A stretch of 45,020 bases of DNA, filler included, from Catajapyx aquilonaris (Eukaryota): assembly GCA_000934665.2 (NCBI GenBank). It is 2 parts of 2 records of this genome, joined end to end, with 100 filler letters (N's around TTAATTAATTAA, not from the genome) between each part and the next. Parts side by side here need not be neighbours in the genome. Positions count along the whole stretch, not along the records: positions 21,373 to 45,020 come from JYFJ02006091.1; 1 more part is not named here. One strand, given 5' to 3'. A program made the translations under genes and the position numbers. The notes below the pieces were generated by a model. That model saw nothing but the letters and a program-made list of their open reading frames with translations. It made no database searches and had not been told where the DNA came from. Below, one piece after another: positions 44,508-45,020 of this stretch (positions are counted from its first letter, which is position 1; each line of letters begins with the position of its first letter).

Positions 44508-45020
44508 TTATTTTCAGACATGTGCGAACCCTCAAACCCTCATGCTTTTTCAGTTGTAAGTTGCAAGATATGCGACGGGTATACTAATTATTTGTTACTG
44601 TATGTATTACGAATGATTACGAACTATTATCATCATCGGTTCAATTGCTACTAATTGCTACTAATTATTTCTAGTGGCATCCATTACCAGTGGGCAAGGC
44701 GTGTACGAACAGGTGAATTTTACCGCATTCTACCGCATTCTACCGCATTCTACCGCATTCCACCGCATTCCACCTGTCCCTCTGCTCCACGTGGAGTGTA
44801 ATTGAGTGTAATTGCATGTAATTGCATGTAATTTTGTGTAATTGAATGTAATTAATTATGCACCCCTGTTCAAACAGCCCCCTCTACTCCACGTGGACTG
44901 CAATTGCATGTAATTGAATGTAATTGAATGTAATTGAATGTAATTGAATGCTAATTAATTAAATAATTATGCACCCCTGTTCAAACAGCCCCCTGTCTAT
45001 ACAGCCCCCCTCTACTCCAC
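44508..45020 (-). repeat. Right terminal inverted repeat (truncated by window)
   Basis: Reverse complement of 28032-28720. Confidence 0.93.

Larger units (their letters stand above)
27714..45020 (+). mobile_element. Polinton/Maverick (adintovirus-like endogenous dsDNA virus); right end lies beyond the window
   Basis: AGAGAG terminus, ~1-kb TIRs, and pPolB, ATPase, integrase, mCP, MCP and adenain all on the + strand. Confidence 0.96.

Overview
Eukaryotic (probably arthropod-like invertebrate) genomic DNA in two parts. 1-27.7 kb is TE-rich host sequence. It holds a 14-exon single-domain membrane-anchored ACE/peptidase M2 gene (+), a 3-coding-exon lipocalin-like gene (-), a frameshifted fragment of the last two slit exons (-), a gap-truncated secreted-protein gene, many MITEs (including a nest with intact 8-bp TSDs), tRNA-derived SINEs and a LINE 3' end. 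27.7 kb to the end is a nearly complete Polinton/Maverick (adintovirus-like) provirus inserted into that LINE, with ~1-kb TIRs and all genes on +: pPolB, packaging ATPase, two conserved small ORFs, integrase-chromodomain (one in-frame TAG), minor capsid, pX/pVI-like core protein, major capsid, adenain protease and an ALKBH2-like cargo gene. Most notable: (1) the provirus is saturated with 9-12-bp tandem duplications, only 9/12-mers in ORFs but also 10/11-mers in non-coding DNA; (2) the ALKBH2 homolog has an open frame but has lost most Fe/2OG ligands; (3) there are three TATA+Inr promoters, one with a triple DRE (pol) and one with a kB-like site (AlkB gene). All calls come from reading the sequence by eye and from recalled family motifs; no searches were run.
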